DNA of 64,000 nucleotides from an uncultured Alphaproteobacteria bacterium (GCA_944389535.1 CALXMS010000002.1:129041-193040); one strand, 5' to 3'. Shown: positions 9,649 through 19,780, counted from the first letter of the stretch. Numbers and translations: made by a program. Notes: generated by a model not told the origin, from the sequence alone.

Positions 9649-11409
9649 TTGTTTTGGAAAAGAAACAATGATAATCAAGACGTAGGGCCATCAAGGGGTT
9701 TACGTATTTTTGTATGGTGCGTAGATATTTTTTTATTGGTGTTGGTGGCGATTGCTATATATGTTGTAATCGTTTTTTTACAGATGCCGTCTTTGGATGC
9801 AATTTTACATGAAACGAGACCTGCGACTATAGTTTTTTTAGATAAAGATGGCAATGAACTTCGTTCTTCTAATCGCATAATGGGAACGCCGGTATCTGTT
9901 GAGACTTTGCCGCCATATGTATGGCAGGCAATAGTTGCAATAGAAGATAAAAGATTTTTTGAACATGGCCCCATAGATATCAGGGGTATTACGCGTGCGA
10001 TGCTTTCAAATCTTATACATGGACGAATTGCGGCTGGTGGTTCGTCTATTACTCAACAGACGGCGAAAAATATATTCTTATCAAGAGAGAAAAAAATTTC
10101 GCGTAAGATTCAAGAATTAATTTTATCTTATTGGTTAGAAAATAGGTTTGATAAGAATCAAGTTTTAGACTTATATATGAACCGCGTATCTTTGGTTGGC
10201 GGTTTGCGTGGAATTGATGCTGCGTCTCGTATGATGTTTCAGACAAGTGCAAATAACATGTCTATTGCACAGGCGGCTCAGATTGCTGCAATGTTAAAAG
10301 CACCGACAACGTATAGCCCATTGGTAAATCCTGATAAGAACATTGCACGTGCCAGAATAATTTTGCAAGAAATGGTAAGGCAGGGGTATATAACATTAAA
10401 TCAGGCGCGTATTGCTGCTAAAGAACTGGGGCCGGCTAAACCTGCGCCTAATACAAATATATATCGCTATTGGACGGATTTTGTTTTGGATGAACTGGAA
10501 TCCACGGTCGGTGCATTTGATTCCGATATGTATGTCTATACTACGCTTGATATGGGATTACAGGAACGTATTGCCGATATATTACCTCAGAAAGTTGGTG
10601 AATATCAGGGGGCGGCAGTTGCGATGGAAACTGGTGGGGCTGTGCGTGCTATGGTTGGGGGAACTAATTATCAAGAAAGTCAATTTAATCGCGCGTTGGC
10701 TTTACGTCAACCAGGTAGTTCTTTTAAGCCTGTTGTATATTTAGTCGCATTAGAAAATGGTATGACGCCGGATGCATATGTAAATGATTCACCTTTTACT
10801 ATCGGTGATTATTCGCCGCAGAATTATAATAATAGATATTATGGAGATATAACATTGGCGACGGCGTTTGCAAAGTCTGTAAACTCTGTGCCGTTAAAGC
10901 TTACTGAAAAATTCGGCATAGACGCAGTTTTAAACATGGCCGGACGTTTGGGGGTTGGTAATCAGTTACGGCGGGAATATTCAACTGTTTTGGGTGCGTC
11001 AGAAATGTCGTTGCTAGATCTGACGACTATTTATGCGGTAATATGGAACGATGGTTATTCGGTAAGACCTTATTCTATTACTAAGGTAACTGATATGAAG
11101 GGAAATGTAATCTATCAGCGAAATCCATCAGAACCGTTACAGATATTAATGCCCCAGACAGTTGATTATATGACGGATTTGTTGGCGGATGTCATAAAAC
11201 TTGGTGGTACGGGGCATAGAGCAGAGGCATCCGGTGTGCTGGGTGGTAAGACTGGTACAAGTAATGCTAATCGTGATGCTTGGTTTATCGGTGCTTGGAA
11301 TGATTTGGTAATCGGCGTATGGATGGGGAAAGATGATTTTACGTCCATGTCTTCAAAGATAACTGGTGGTACAATACCGGCAGAAATTTTTCATGAAATT
11401 GTAAAATAA
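9649..11409 (+). CDS. Class A penicillin-binding protein (glycosyltransferase GT51 plus transpeptidase domains)
   Basis: TTG start with an AAGGAG RBS and an N-terminal TM helix. GT51 motifs ('EDKRFFEHGPIDIRGI', 'GGSSITQQ') and TP motifs SSFKP, SVN and KTGT. Confidence 0.85.
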   Translation: MFWKRNNDNQDVGPSRGLRIFVWCVDIFLLVLVAIAIYVVIVFLQMPSLDAILHETRPATIVFLDKDGNELRSSNRIMGTPVSVETLPPYVWQAIVAIEDKRFFEHGPIDIRGITRAMLSNLIHGRIAAGGSSITQQTAKNIFLSREKKISRKIQELILSYWLENRFDKNQVLDLYMNRVSLVGGLRGIDAASRMMFQTSANNMSIAQAAQIAAMLKAPTTYSPLVNPDKNIARARIILQEMVRQGYITLNQARIAAKELGPAKPAPNTNIYRYWTDFVLDELESTVGAFDSDMYVYTTLDMGLQERIADILPQKVGEYQGAAVAMETGGAVRAMVGGTNYQESQFNRALALRQPGSSFKPVVYLVALENGMTPDAYVNDSPFTIGDYSPQNYNNRYYGDITLATAFAKSVNSVPLKLTEKFGIDAVLNMAGRLGVGNQLRREYSTVLGASEMSLLDLTTIYAVIWNDGYSVRPYSITKVTDMKGNVIYQRNPSEPLQILMPQTVDYMTDLLADVIKLGGTGHRAEASGVLGGKTGTSNANRDAWFIGAWNDLVIGVWMGKDDFTSMSSKITGGTIPAEIFHEIVK

Positions 11410-11464
11410 AATAATATACAAAATCTGTTTTTATTAGACTGCGTTTTGTGATATAATATATAGC

Positions 11465-12445
11465 ATGAAATGTAGGAACCTATTTTTAGTACCGTTTTTA
11501 TCATGCTTGTTTTTTGGTGCGGCAAGCGCTAATTGGGAATATGCCGGTTATTACGTGGGTGAGGGTTCTTATCAAGACGATGGCAGTCGTTTTGTAGTCT
11601 CTGTACGTGGTGGTGCATCATTTGGTATGGGCAGTATTAAAAATGAAATAGGTGAATTAACGCCTTTGTATTATATGAGCCCAGATGGCAGTACCATAAT
11701 GTCGGAATTGGGGTATTATCAGTGTACTGACCGCGGGGGATGCGCAGATTATGTTCAGGCTGGGTATATCAATTTAGGTAGTTTGCCTGCAACAAAAGAT
11801 TTTGAATCTTTCGGTTTTGCCGCAGGGGCCAGTATAGGTTGGACCATTCCTAATACACCGCAATGGCGTTTGGAATTGGGTTGGGATCATATCGCAGAAA
11901 GTGAATATAACGCATCGCCTTTTGTTGATGGTGACGCTGTATTGTTTGGTGGTGCTGCAGAAGGGGCTGTCGCCCGTATTTCAAGTGGTGCCGTTCAGTC
12001 TAAGTTAGAAACGGATATTATCAGCGTAATGGCTTTTTACGACTTTTTTGACGGTTTGCAGAAACCTATGCGTCAGGCAATACCATATGTTGGCTTTGGT
12101 GTGGGGTACGCAGATATAAAAACAACGTTGCAATTATCTGATCCATATGGGGATTTATCTGGAATATACGAATTATTACCTTATGGGGTAAAAGAACAAG
12201 ATGATTCTGTGATTCAATTTTATCGTTCGGAATTAAGCTCAGGTAATGTTGCAGGTTTGTTGGCTTTGGGCGTGTCTTATGGAATAACAGAAAACATGTT
12301 TTTTGATATTGGGGCACGCCTTGCTTATATACCAAAAATTCGTTGGGCTTTAAGCAATGAAGACGGCAGCCAGCACCGCGATTGGTTTAGTTCTGAAAAC
12401 ACGATATATGCAAACGTAATGCTAAGTATAAGATTTGAGTTTTAA
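11465..12445 (+). CDS. Outer-membrane beta-barrel protein with signal peptide (hypothetical OMP)
   Basis: 326 aa with a signal peptide 'LFFGAASA' and a C-terminal 'SIRFEF' beta-signal. Confidence 0.65.
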   Translation: MKCRNLFLVPFLSCLFFGAASANWEYAGYYVGEGSYQDDGSRFVVSVRGGASFGMGSIKNEIGELTPLYYMSPDGSTIMSELGYYQCTDRGGCADYVQAGYINLGSLPATKDFESFGFAAGASIGWTIPNTPQWRLELGWDHIAESEYNASPFVDGDAVLFGGAAEGAVARISSGAVQSKLETDIISVMAFYDFFDGLQKPMRQAIPYVGFGVGYADIKTTLQLSDPYGDLSGIYELLPYGVKEQDDSVIQFYRSELSSGNVAGLLALGVSYGITENMFFDIGARLAYIPKIRWALSNEDGSQHRDWFSSENTIYANVMLSIRFEF

Positions 12446-12474
12446 AAAATCCGCAAATTGCGGATTTTTATTTT
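12446..12474. terminator. Bidirectional terminator hairpin (ATCCGCAA/TTGCGGAT)
   Basis: Perfect inverted repeat flanked by A and T runs between convergent genes. Confidence 0.6.
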
Positions 12475-13988
12475 ACCCCGTATTTACCGCGGTTTATTGG
12501 TCGATAAGATAATGCTTCGCTTAAATCAGAAACATCTATGTTTTCTGCTTCGCGTAGGTCCGCGATGGTTCTGGCTATGCGTTTGATTCTATTATAACCG
12601 CGTGCGGACAATCCTAATTTTTCTGCAGCCGTATTTAAAAATTGTGTTTGTTCGGTGTTTAACGTTACAACCGCGTCTAATTCCGCACCGTCCAATTGGG
12701 CGTTCGGTTTACCCTGGCGTTTTATCTGTCTTTCGCGGGCTGTTATTACGCGGGCACGTATTTGAGCGCTTGTTTCCCGTTCTTCATCATTTTTATCGTT
12801 CATTTCCCATGGGTTTACAGCGTCTACGTCAACGTGCAGATCTATTCTGTCTAATAATGGTCCGGATATTTTATTTTGGTATGCTTCGGCACATCGCGGT
12901 GCACGTGAACAAGAAAGTGCGGCATTACCCAAGTGACCGCAAGGGCAAGGGTTCATCGCTGCAATCAATTGAAAGCGAGCAGGGTAAGTTGCAGTACGTT
13001 TTGCGCGGGCAACCATAATTTTACCGGCCTCCATAGGTTGACGTAATATTTCTAATGTTGCGCGATTAAATTCTGGCAGTTCGTCCAAAAACAGCACGCC
13101 GTTATGGGCCAACGATATTTCCCCCGGCCGCGCGTCGGCACCGCCACCGGCCATAGAGACCGCGCTTGACGTGTGATGCACGCTGCGGAATGGACGCGTC
13201 GTTATAAGGCTTTTACCGTTTAACTGCCCGGCAATTGAATATATGATAGAGGTTTCAAGTATTTCGTCGGGCGTCATTTCTGGTAATATCGTCGGTAACC
13301 GCGATGCAAGCATTGTTTTTCCTGATCCAGGGGGCCCCACCATAAGCATAGCATGACCACCGGCAGCGGCGATTTCTAAGGCACGTTTAGCGGCAACTTG
13401 TCCGTGTACTTCAGACATATCCAAATTATGATCTTTCAAGTTTTCTGTCGCGGCAATTGGCGGCAACGGTAATATTTGCGTGCCTTTAAAGTGATTTATC
13501 AGCTCTAATACATGAAACGGGGCAAGAATATTCGTGTGACCCGCCCATCTTGCTTCTGAACCTTGGTCGCCGGGGCATATTATACCAAAATTATGCTGGT
13601 TTGCCCAGACGCTGGCGGGTAGTACCCCGTTAGTTTTTACGATTGCCCCGTTTAAACCTACTTCGCCGATGATTATATATTTATTTAATTCTGATTCTGG
13701 TAATATACCTATGGCGCATAATATTCCACATAAAATTGGCAGGTCAAAATGAGAACCTGTCTTTTCAACGTCTGCCGGGGAAAGATTTACCGTTAATCTT
13801 TTTGGTGGTAAAGATAAGTTTAAAGCTGATAAAACGTTTCTAATTCGTTCTGCTGATTCTTTTACTGCACGGTCGGCCAGACCTATTATATTAAATTCTG
13901 GTTTTGCAAGCCCCGCAGACAGCTGTACTTGTACGTTAATAAGGGTTGCATCCATGCCATTAAATATGATTGAATTCAAAGAAATCAT
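12468..13988 (-). CDS. yifB: Mg-chelatase-like AAA+ ATPase YifB/ComM
   Basis: 506 aa. Lon-like N-terminus plus an AAA+ module (Walker A 'GPPGSGKT') and a C-terminal ComM domain. Confidence 0.85.
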   Translation of the reverse strand: MISLNSIIFNGMDATLINVQVQLSAGLAKPEFNIIGLADRAVKESAERIRNVLSALNLSLPPKRLTVNLSPADVEKTGSHFDLPILCGILCAIGILPESELNKYIIIGEVGLNGAIVKTNGVLPASVWANQHNFGIICPGDQGSEARWAGHTNILAPFHVLELINHFKGTQILPLPPIAATENLKDHNLDMSEVHGQVAAKRALEIAAAGGHAMLMVGPPGSGKTMLASRLPTILPEMTPDEILETSIIYSIAGQLNGKSLITTRPFRSVHHTSSAVSMAGGGADARPGEISLAHNGVLFLDELPEFNRATLEILRQPMEAGKIMVARAKRTATYPARFQLIAAMNPCPCGHLGNAALSCSRAPRCAEAYQNKISGPLLDRIDLHVDVDAVNPWEMNDKNDEERETSAQIRARVITARERQIKRQGKPNAQLDGAELDAVVTLNTEQTQFLNTAAEKLGLSARGYNRIKRIARTIADLREAENIDVSDLSEALSYRPINRGKYGVK

Positions 13989-14059
13989 ATCTGCATATTA
14001 AAACTTGCGCTAAATCAATTCAAGTTATAAAATGATGCCAGTAAAAAGGATTTGCCGTA

Positions 14060-14947
14060 ATGCCTATAAATAAAAAGTCTAATGTTGCACGTGATTGGTT
14101 TAATACGATATTTTACGGGGCACTGATCGCAATTGCGTTTCGCAGTTTTCTGTTAGAACCTTTTAATATTCCTTCTGGTTCTATGATACCGACGCTTCAT
14201 GTAGGGGATCATATATTTGTGGAAAAATGGGCGTATGGTTATTCTAGATATTCTTTTCCTTTTGGTTCGTGGCACCTGTGGGACGGACGTTTTTGGGGTG
14301 ATGAACCAGAGGTGGGGGACGTAATAGTTTTTCGCAACCCTATTAACGAGTCGCAGGATTATATTAAGCGGTTGATTGGTAAACCGGGTGATACAATTCA
14401 GATGGTGGAAGGGCGTTTATATATAAACGGTGAAATCGTTCCGCGCGACAACCCAAGACCCTATGTAATAGCCAATTTACCAAAGGCTTTACGCAGCGCA
14501 GGATATCATATACCAGAAAAGAATATGATGATAAAAGGCGATAAAATCTGGGTAGATAATAAACCAGCAGAATTTAATTATACGATAGAATATAAGGATG
14601 ATAAATTCTGCCGCATGAACGAATGGGCTTGCGGTGTGTTTGAGGGAACAGAGTATACAGAAACGTTGCCTAATGGCGTACAACATAGTATTGTAGAATT
14701 GACAGATGATGCCCCCCTAGATAATACAATGATGTTTACCGTACCTGAAAATCATTATTTCTTTATGGGGGACAACCGTGATAATAGTGCCGACAGTCGT
14801 GCTGATATAGGTTACGTTCCGCGTGATAATGTTTTGGGGCCTGCATGGTTTATATGGTATTCGCATAATTATTATTCTCCGATGATTTCTGTTTGGAACT
14901 GGGGTAATAAGATGCGGTGGGAAAGATTTGGCATGGGGATAAAATAA
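14060..14947 (+). CDS. lepB: Signal peptidase I
   Basis: The 'SGSMIPTL' catalytic Ser box and 'GDNRDNSADSR' box. Confidence 0.9.
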   Translation: MPINKKSNVARDWFNTIFYGALIAIAFRSFLLEPFNIPSGSMIPTLHVGDHIFVEKWAYGYSRYSFPFGSWHLWDGRFWGDEPEVGDVIVFRNPINESQDYIKRLIGKPGDTIQMVEGRLYINGEIVPRDNPRPYVIANLPKALRSAGYHIPEKNMMIKGDKIWVDNKPAEFNYTIEYKDDKFCRMNEWACGVFEGTEYTETLPNGVQHSIVELTDDAPLDNTMMFTVPENHYFFMGDNRDNSADSRADIGYVPRDNVLGPAWFIWYSHNYYSPMISVWNWGNKMRWERFGMGIK

Positions 14948-14948
14948 G

Positions 14949-15581
14949 TTGGCAAAGATAAATTATAAGTTTAAAAATCCAGAATTATTAGAATTGGCGC
15001 TTACGCAAAGTGGGGCAGATGCGCATCATAATAACGAGCGTCTAGAATTTATAGGTGATAGAGTTCTTGGTTTGTCTGTTGCGGCGTTGTTGTATGATAT
15101 GTTTCCCGACGAGCATGAAGGGGAATTGGCACGTCGTCATGCCATGCTGGTGTCAACTGAAACGTTGGCTCAGGTTGCATGTTCTCTGGGTGTGGACAAG
15201 CATATTCGTCACGGGCATATGACGGCTGGGCGTGTCCAGCATATGTACGCTGATGCAATGGAGGCTGTATTTGGTGCCATATTTTTAGACGGCGGTTTTA
15301 ATGCTGCACAGAAAATCATAGTTGATGTTTGGCGTACCATAGCGGCGCTTGATGTTAATGCGCCAAAAGACGCCAAGACCAGTTTACAAGAACTTGTTCA
15401 GAAATCGGCTGCTGGGGCATTACCGGTTTATGAATATTTAGAGCCCACTGGGGCATCACATAAACCTGTTTTTAATGTTCGGGTAACTGCGCTGGGTAAA
15501 ACAGCGACAGGTAGCGGAAGTTCAAAAAAGTCGGCAAGTATTGCCGCCGCTGAGGAATTATTGAAAATCCTTGCAATTTAA
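14949..15581 (+). CDS. rnc: Ribonuclease III
   Basis: 'ERLEFIGDRVLGL' RNase III signature plus a C-terminal dsRBD. Apparent TTG start 1 nt after the lepB stop. Confidence 0.9.
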   Translation: MAKINYKFKNPELLELALTQSGADAHHNNERLEFIGDRVLGLSVAALLYDMFPDEHEGELARRHAMLVSTETLAQVACSLGVDKHIRHGHMTAGRVQHMYADAMEAVFGAIFLDGGFNAAQKIIVDVWRTIAALDVNAPKDAKTSLQELVQKSAAGALPVYEYLEPTGASHKPVFNVRVTALGKTATGSGSSKKSASIAAAEELLKILAI

Positions 15582-15626
15582 ATTATAGGCATATAAAATT
15601 GAATCAAAATTAAAAGGTAAAATAGT

Positions 15627-15983
15627 ATGTTCACAATTTTATTGGTTTTATTAATAATCGTATCTGTATTGATGATAGGTATAATTTTATTGCAAAAGTC
15701 CGAAGGTAGTGGTATGTCAGGTTCTTCTGCGGCATCTATGTTTGGTGGTGCGTTGACTGGTGCAGCTGCCGGTAACTTTTTAACGCGGGCGACAGCTTGG
15801 TTGGCAACAATATTTTTTATATTATGTGCTTTGTTGGCGTTGGTTTCGTCAAAATCTGATATAGCGCGTCAAGAAAGTAATTTGCGTCAGGAATTGGTTG
15901 TGCAAGAAGATGTACCTGTGCAATCTGTAATACCAGGTGCCGTTGACGGAGAATCTGCACCATCTGTTCCAGAAACAAAATAA
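15627..15983 (+). CDS. secG: Preprotein translocase subunit SecG
   Basis: 118 aa. N-terminal TM helix and 'LLQKSEGSGMSG' Gly-rich motif. Confidence 0.8.
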   Translation: MFTILLVLLIIVSVLMIGIILLQKSEGSGMSGSSAASMFGGALTGAAAGNFLTRATAWLATIFFILCALLALVSSKSDIARQESNLRQELVVQEDVPVQSVIPGAVDGESAPSVPETK

Positions 15984-16012
15984 AAAACCGCCGAAATGGC
16001 GGTTTTTTTTTA
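15984..16012. terminator. Bidirectional terminator (ACCGCC-GAAAT-GGCGGT plus T9)
   Basis: Hairpin and long T-run between convergent genes. Confidence 0.65.
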
Positions 16013-16294
16013 TTTTTTAGAAGTTTTCTTTTTCGTAGTCTTTTTTGCAGATTTTTCTTTAGTTGAAACAGAAACTGTCTTTTTGGACGAAAATTCTTTT
16101 GTAAATTCTTTATACAGCACAACAATGCACGCATAAGCAATTACGGCACTAAAAGCTGTTATAAGCCCCGGTATTAAGCCGTCAGAAAAAAACGCGAATA
16201 ATATTATTGCAAGTATAAGAACAACTGTATAACCGACGTTTTTACCGAAAACGCCCAAAATTTTATCAAAAGTAGTCATGTTATTTCCTTTCAT
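16010..16294 (-). CDS. Small hypothetical membrane protein with a Lys-rich C-terminal tail
   Basis: 94 aa, two predicted TM helices, KK/T-rich tail. Confidence 0.5.
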   Translation of the reverse strand: MKGNNMTTFDKILGVFGKNVGYTVVLILAIILFAFFSDGLIPGLITAFSAVIAYACIVVLYKEFTKEFSSKKTVSVSTKEKSAKKTTKKKTSKK

Positions 16295-16387
16295 TGAACT
16301 GATGCGAATTATATCATATTTTGACTAAAAAATCCATAAAAAACGGTCGCAATACATGCGACCGTTTGAAGTTCTTAGAACTTTTAG

Positions 16388-17167
16388 TTATAAAATTACT
16401 TGGCCACCAATTCTTGCTGTTCCTGGTAACGGACCAAATGAAGATGTCGGTGTGACATATATGTTGCCAGTTACTGTAAATTCACCGGCAAATTGAAGCA
16501 TCCCTAAATCGCGCAAGAATAAGTTTCCTTCAATACGTACGCCGCGTGGCAATATGTATTTACGCATGTTTTGTAGGTATAAATTACCTTTTACAATGTC
16601 GCCTGTTTTAAGCATTGTAGCTGCACCGCGACTGTCTATTATTACGTCACCGTACATTACATTACGTACACGTGCCGTTTGTTGAATGGCGACTTTATCT
16701 GGTTTTGGGGTTACCACATTGATTGTTTTCCCTATGAATTGTCTATTCGCATCACGTTGTAATGGTAAGCTAGATTCCTTTTCTATACCGCGATCACGAA
16801 CTGTGCGAGGTAAAGATTGTTCAGAAATGGTGACCTGTTGTGACGCGTCATTCTGTGCGATTATTACGACTGGTTTTTTATTACAACCAATTATGTCTAT
16901 TATTAGCATAGAAAATAATACTATTATCGCGGATAATAGGGTGATGTTTACAAGACCTATTAAGTCAATGCTACGAACCCATTTCCAAAATCTATTTAAC
17001 CATTGAGTTATTAATTGAAAAGGTTTCTTTATTATATTCCAAGTGCAAGACCAAAAAGACTTTTTCTGTATTTTGCGGCCAGTCTTTTTTGTGACAGGCT
17101 TTTTGCGAGATCCGTTTTTGTTTTCCATGCGTCTTGCGGCAATTTTCATTTTTAACGCTTTAAACAT
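16388..17167 (-). CDS. Hypothetical membrane-anchored protein with a beta-helix-like (bactofilin-like?) repetitive C-terminal domain
   Basis: ATG at 17167 (the six-frame track opens at a TTG at 17206). Basic N-terminus, one TM helix, and a C-terminal 'GDVIIDSRG...GDIVKGNLYL...GVRIEGNLFL...TVTGNIYV' repeat pattern. Confidence 0.5.
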   Translation of the reverse strand: MFKALKMKIAARRMENKNGSRKKPVTKKTGRKIQKKSFWSCTWNIIKKPFQLITQWLNRFWKWVRSIDLIGLVNITLLSAIIVLFSMLIIDIIGCNKKPVVIIAQNDASQQVTISEQSLPRTVRDRGIEKESSLPLQRDANRQFIGKTINVVTPKPDKVAIQQTARVRNVMYGDVIIDSRGAATMLKTGDIVKGNLYLQNMRKYILPRGVRIEGNLFLRDLGMLQFAGEFTVTGNIYVTPTSSFGPLPGTARIGGQVIL

Positions 17168-17210
17168 ATGCTCACCTTTTTTATGTTTATACTTATTATG
17201 TCCCAAAAAA

Positions 17211-17246
17211 ATATTTTGTCAAATATTTTGTCAATTTTTTTGTCAA
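17211..17246. repeat. Three tandem direct repeats of (A)TATTTTGTCAA, period 12 bp, in a divergent promoter region
   Basis: TTTTGTCAA at 17214-17222, 17226-17234 and 17238-17246. Confidence 0.7.
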
Positions 17247-17298
17247 TGAGACTTGTTATGGTTTGACCATTTGTGTTTTTTGGGGTATTGTAAATTAT

Positions 17299-18030
17299 AT
17301 GTTTCTTTATCGAGTTCTGTTTTTATTATTATTAGGCGCTTGTGTGTCTGAATGGCAGGCTTCTGGTGAATATATATATATTCCTGTTTCTACGCAAAAC
17401 TTCAATATTGCTACGTGGCAGAAACTTGATGATTCAACTTCTTCGGTGCATATTTATATAGAAGGAGACGGGCATTCTTTTAATTCATATGGTTTGCCGA
17501 CTGACGACCCGACGCCGCACGGAACGTTTTTGCGTGATTTGGCGATGTCTGACGATTGGCCAAATGTTGTTTATATGGCGCGTCCATGTCAGTTTATAAT
17601 GTCAGAGCAATGTAATCAGTCGGATTGGACAGATGGGCGCTTTTCAGAGAGGATCATAAATTCAATGGCCTATGCCATTAAAAGTATTGCCGGAAATCGA
17701 GACATTGTTTTAATAGGTTATTCTGGCGGTGCGATGGTTTCTGGTTTGGTCATTCAGCAATATCCAGAGTTAGATGTAAAGCAATGGATTACTATAGCGG
17801 GCGTTTTGAACCATAAAGATTGGACAGAGTATTTTGGTGATAGCCCATTAGATAAATCCTTAAACCTGACATCTTTACCTGATGTGTCACAAATCCATTA
17901 CGCTGCTGAATACGATAGCATAGTTCCTTTGGAATTGACGGAAAAGACGACAGGTGGTTTGAATGTCTTGATAATAAAAGACGCAACACATGACGAATTT
18001 AAAAAATTAGATATAGCCTTTGATTCATGA
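17299..18030 (+). CDS. Lipoprotein alpha/beta-hydrolase (serine esterase/lipase-like)
   Basis: Lipobox 'LLGAC', a GYSGG nucleophile elbow and a C-terminal 'DATHD' His. The start is chosen at the Met preceding the signal peptide. Confidence 0.6.
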   Translation: MFLYRVLFLLLLGACVSEWQASGEYIYIPVSTQNFNIATWQKLDDSTSSVHIYIEGDGHSFNSYGLPTDDPTPHGTFLRDLAMSDDWPNVVYMARPCQFIMSEQCNQSDWTDGRFSERIINSMAYAIKSIAGNRDIVLIGYSGGAMVSGLVIQQYPELDVKQWITIAGVLNHKDWTEYFGDSPLDKSLNLTSLPDVSQIHYAAEYDSIVPLELTEKTTGGLNVLIIKDATHDEFKKLDIAFDS

Positions 18031-18042
18031 ATAAATTTTTAA

Positions 18043-18071
18043 TTGACAAAAATATTTATTTGTACTAATAT
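18043..18071 (+). promoter_or_regulatory. Near-consensus sigma70 promoter TTGACA -17 bp- TAATAT
   Basis: TTGACA at 18043-18048 and TAATAT at 18066-18071, about 10 bp upstream of the GNAT gene. Confidence 0.5.
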
Positions 18072-18081
18072 ATAAGTTGTT

Positions 18082-18861
18082 ATGAGTGAAATAAAAATTG
18101 TGCCCATTTTTAATCAGGAAAAACCCTGCGTTTGGGGGGACTTTTTATATATTCGAAATGAGGCGACTCGTTATTCATATGGTTTTTCTATGTCGGAAAA
18201 AGATTATGATTTAACAAAAAAGGATTTAGTTTCTGCATGGAAACGGCGCAGTTTTAATTTTGCTTTTGGGGCATATGACGGATGTGAAATGGTGGGGTTT
18301 ATAAACGGTGATTGTGTTGATCGCATATCAACCATTCGCAGTTTATATGTTTTGCCAGATTATATGAAGCATAATGTGGGTAGAATATTATTAGATAAGG
18401 CTGAGAAAATCAGTATCTTAGGGTCAAATATGATAGATTTAGTGTCTTTGCCAGGTGCCCAGAAATTTTACGAACGTTTTAATTATAAACCTATATTTTA
18501 TGGCAGCAATCATTATATAAAAGCAATTAATAAGCAATATTTGTTACGTAACGGTGTTTTACCAGTTTTTAAAGTTACCGGTGTAATAAATAGCGCAGTT
18601 AAAGAAATTGCGGCTTATTATGGTGACGATTTAGATTTATTAAAGCACACAAAAAATTATAAACATATTCCGGTTTATATATATATGGATTCTATGGCAG
18701 AGATAAAAGGTGCGTGCTTTGAAACCGAGTCTGGTGAATGTAAAACATACGTTGTTCCAAGACAGTCAGAGAAGCACGTGCTGCGTAAGTTAAGTCAGGA
18801 ATATAACAATTTAAAAATATTACTAGCTGGTATAAAACCAAGGGCTTTCAATTTAAAATAA
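18082..18861 (+). CDS. GNAT-family N-acetyltransferase-like protein
   Basis: 259 aa. The 'VGFINGDCV...SLYVLPDYMKHNVGRILL' segment resembles GNAT motif A. Confidence 0.5.
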   Translation: MSEIKIVPIFNQEKPCVWGDFLYIRNEATRYSYGFSMSEKDYDLTKKDLVSAWKRRSFNFAFGAYDGCEMVGFINGDCVDRISTIRSLYVLPDYMKHNVGRILLDKAEKISILGSNMIDLVSLPGAQKFYERFNYKPIFYGSNHYIKAINKQYLLRNGVLPVFKVTGVINSAVKEIAAYYGDDLDLLKHTKNYKHIPVYIYMDSMAEIKGACFETESGECKTYVVPRQSEKHVLRKLSQEYNNLKILLAGIKPRAFNLK

Positions 18862-18876
18862 CCAAAGGGCTATAAA

Positions 18877-19746
18877 ATGATAGAAAGAGAGACTAGCATT
18901 GGCGTTATGGATATACCTTTATCTTGCAGTATTTTTTTAGAGCCGGCTTTGAATAAATATGTCAGAAATATTGTGCCATTATCACAGAAAACAAAGAAAT
19001 TTGTACATGAGTGGAATCTGGCCTTGGTAGATATATTAAAGACTTCTAAATATAAGGTATATTTAGGAGATTTGGGACACAAGATTTTGACAAGAACTTT
19101 AAGCTCTGATAAATTTCCGATAAAATGCGTAGAAAGTGCTAAAAGCGTACCGTTGCATTCTTTACATTATGCTTTACGTTTTTCTGAAAGCATTAATTTT
19201 TTGGTAAATAAAATAAAAACAAACTCAGATATTAAATTTGTTGACTTTGGGTGTGGTTTTTCTCCGCTGGCTCCGGTGATGCAGGCTGAATATGATATAG
19301 AAGAAACTTATTGCATTGACTATAAACCTGAAATAATAGAAGTGTATAGTATTGTATCACAGAAAGTTTCTGGTAAAGCACCTAAAAGTATATCTTGGAA
19401 TAAGGCCAAAGAAATGGCTGTATCTCATAAACTTAATTCGATAGTGGCTATGGGGGTATTGCCTTATATGAGCCTAGATGATCAAGTTGCATGTTTAAAA
19501 TTTATAAACGCGCATTTCCCGCATTTGATGGTAGAAATTAAATATAATAATAATTCTGCAACTGCCGGTGAAAATGTTTTCGATTTAAAACACTTGCAGC
19601 GTTTACGTTTATCTGGTGCTAATACAAGTACATTGGAAACAACGATGATTAAAAATTCTTTACGTTATCTGCATAAGTTTATGTGTGCTATGCCCAGGAA
19701 TAAATATTTCTTAGAAAATGATAGAAGTTTATTTTTTAGTAGATAA
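18877..19746 (+). CDS. Class I SAM-dependent methyltransferase-like protein
   Basis: 289 aa. 'FVDFGCGFSPLAP' resembles the Rossmann-fold MTase motif I. Lies 15 bp after the GNAT gene. Confidence 0.5.
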   Translation: MIERETSIGVMDIPLSCSIFLEPALNKYVRNIVPLSQKTKKFVHEWNLALVDILKTSKYKVYLGDLGHKILTRTLSSDKFPIKCVESAKSVPLHSLHYALRFSESINFLVNKIKTNSDIKFVDFGCGFSPLAPVMQAEYDIEETYCIDYKPEIIEVYSIVSQKVSGKAPKSISWNKAKEMAVSHKLNSIVAMGVLPYMSLDDQVACLKFINAHFPHLMVEIKYNNNSATAGENVFDLKHLQRLRLSGANTSTLETTMIKNSLRYLHKFMCAMPRNKYFLENDRSLFFSR

Positions 19747-19777
19747 AAAAAACGCCGTCATAAGACGGCGTTTTTTA
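19747..19777. terminator. Bidirectional terminator (ACGCCGTC-ATAA-GACGGCGT plus T6)
   Basis: Perfect 8-bp stem between convergent genes. Confidence 0.7.
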
Positions 19778-19780
19778 TGT

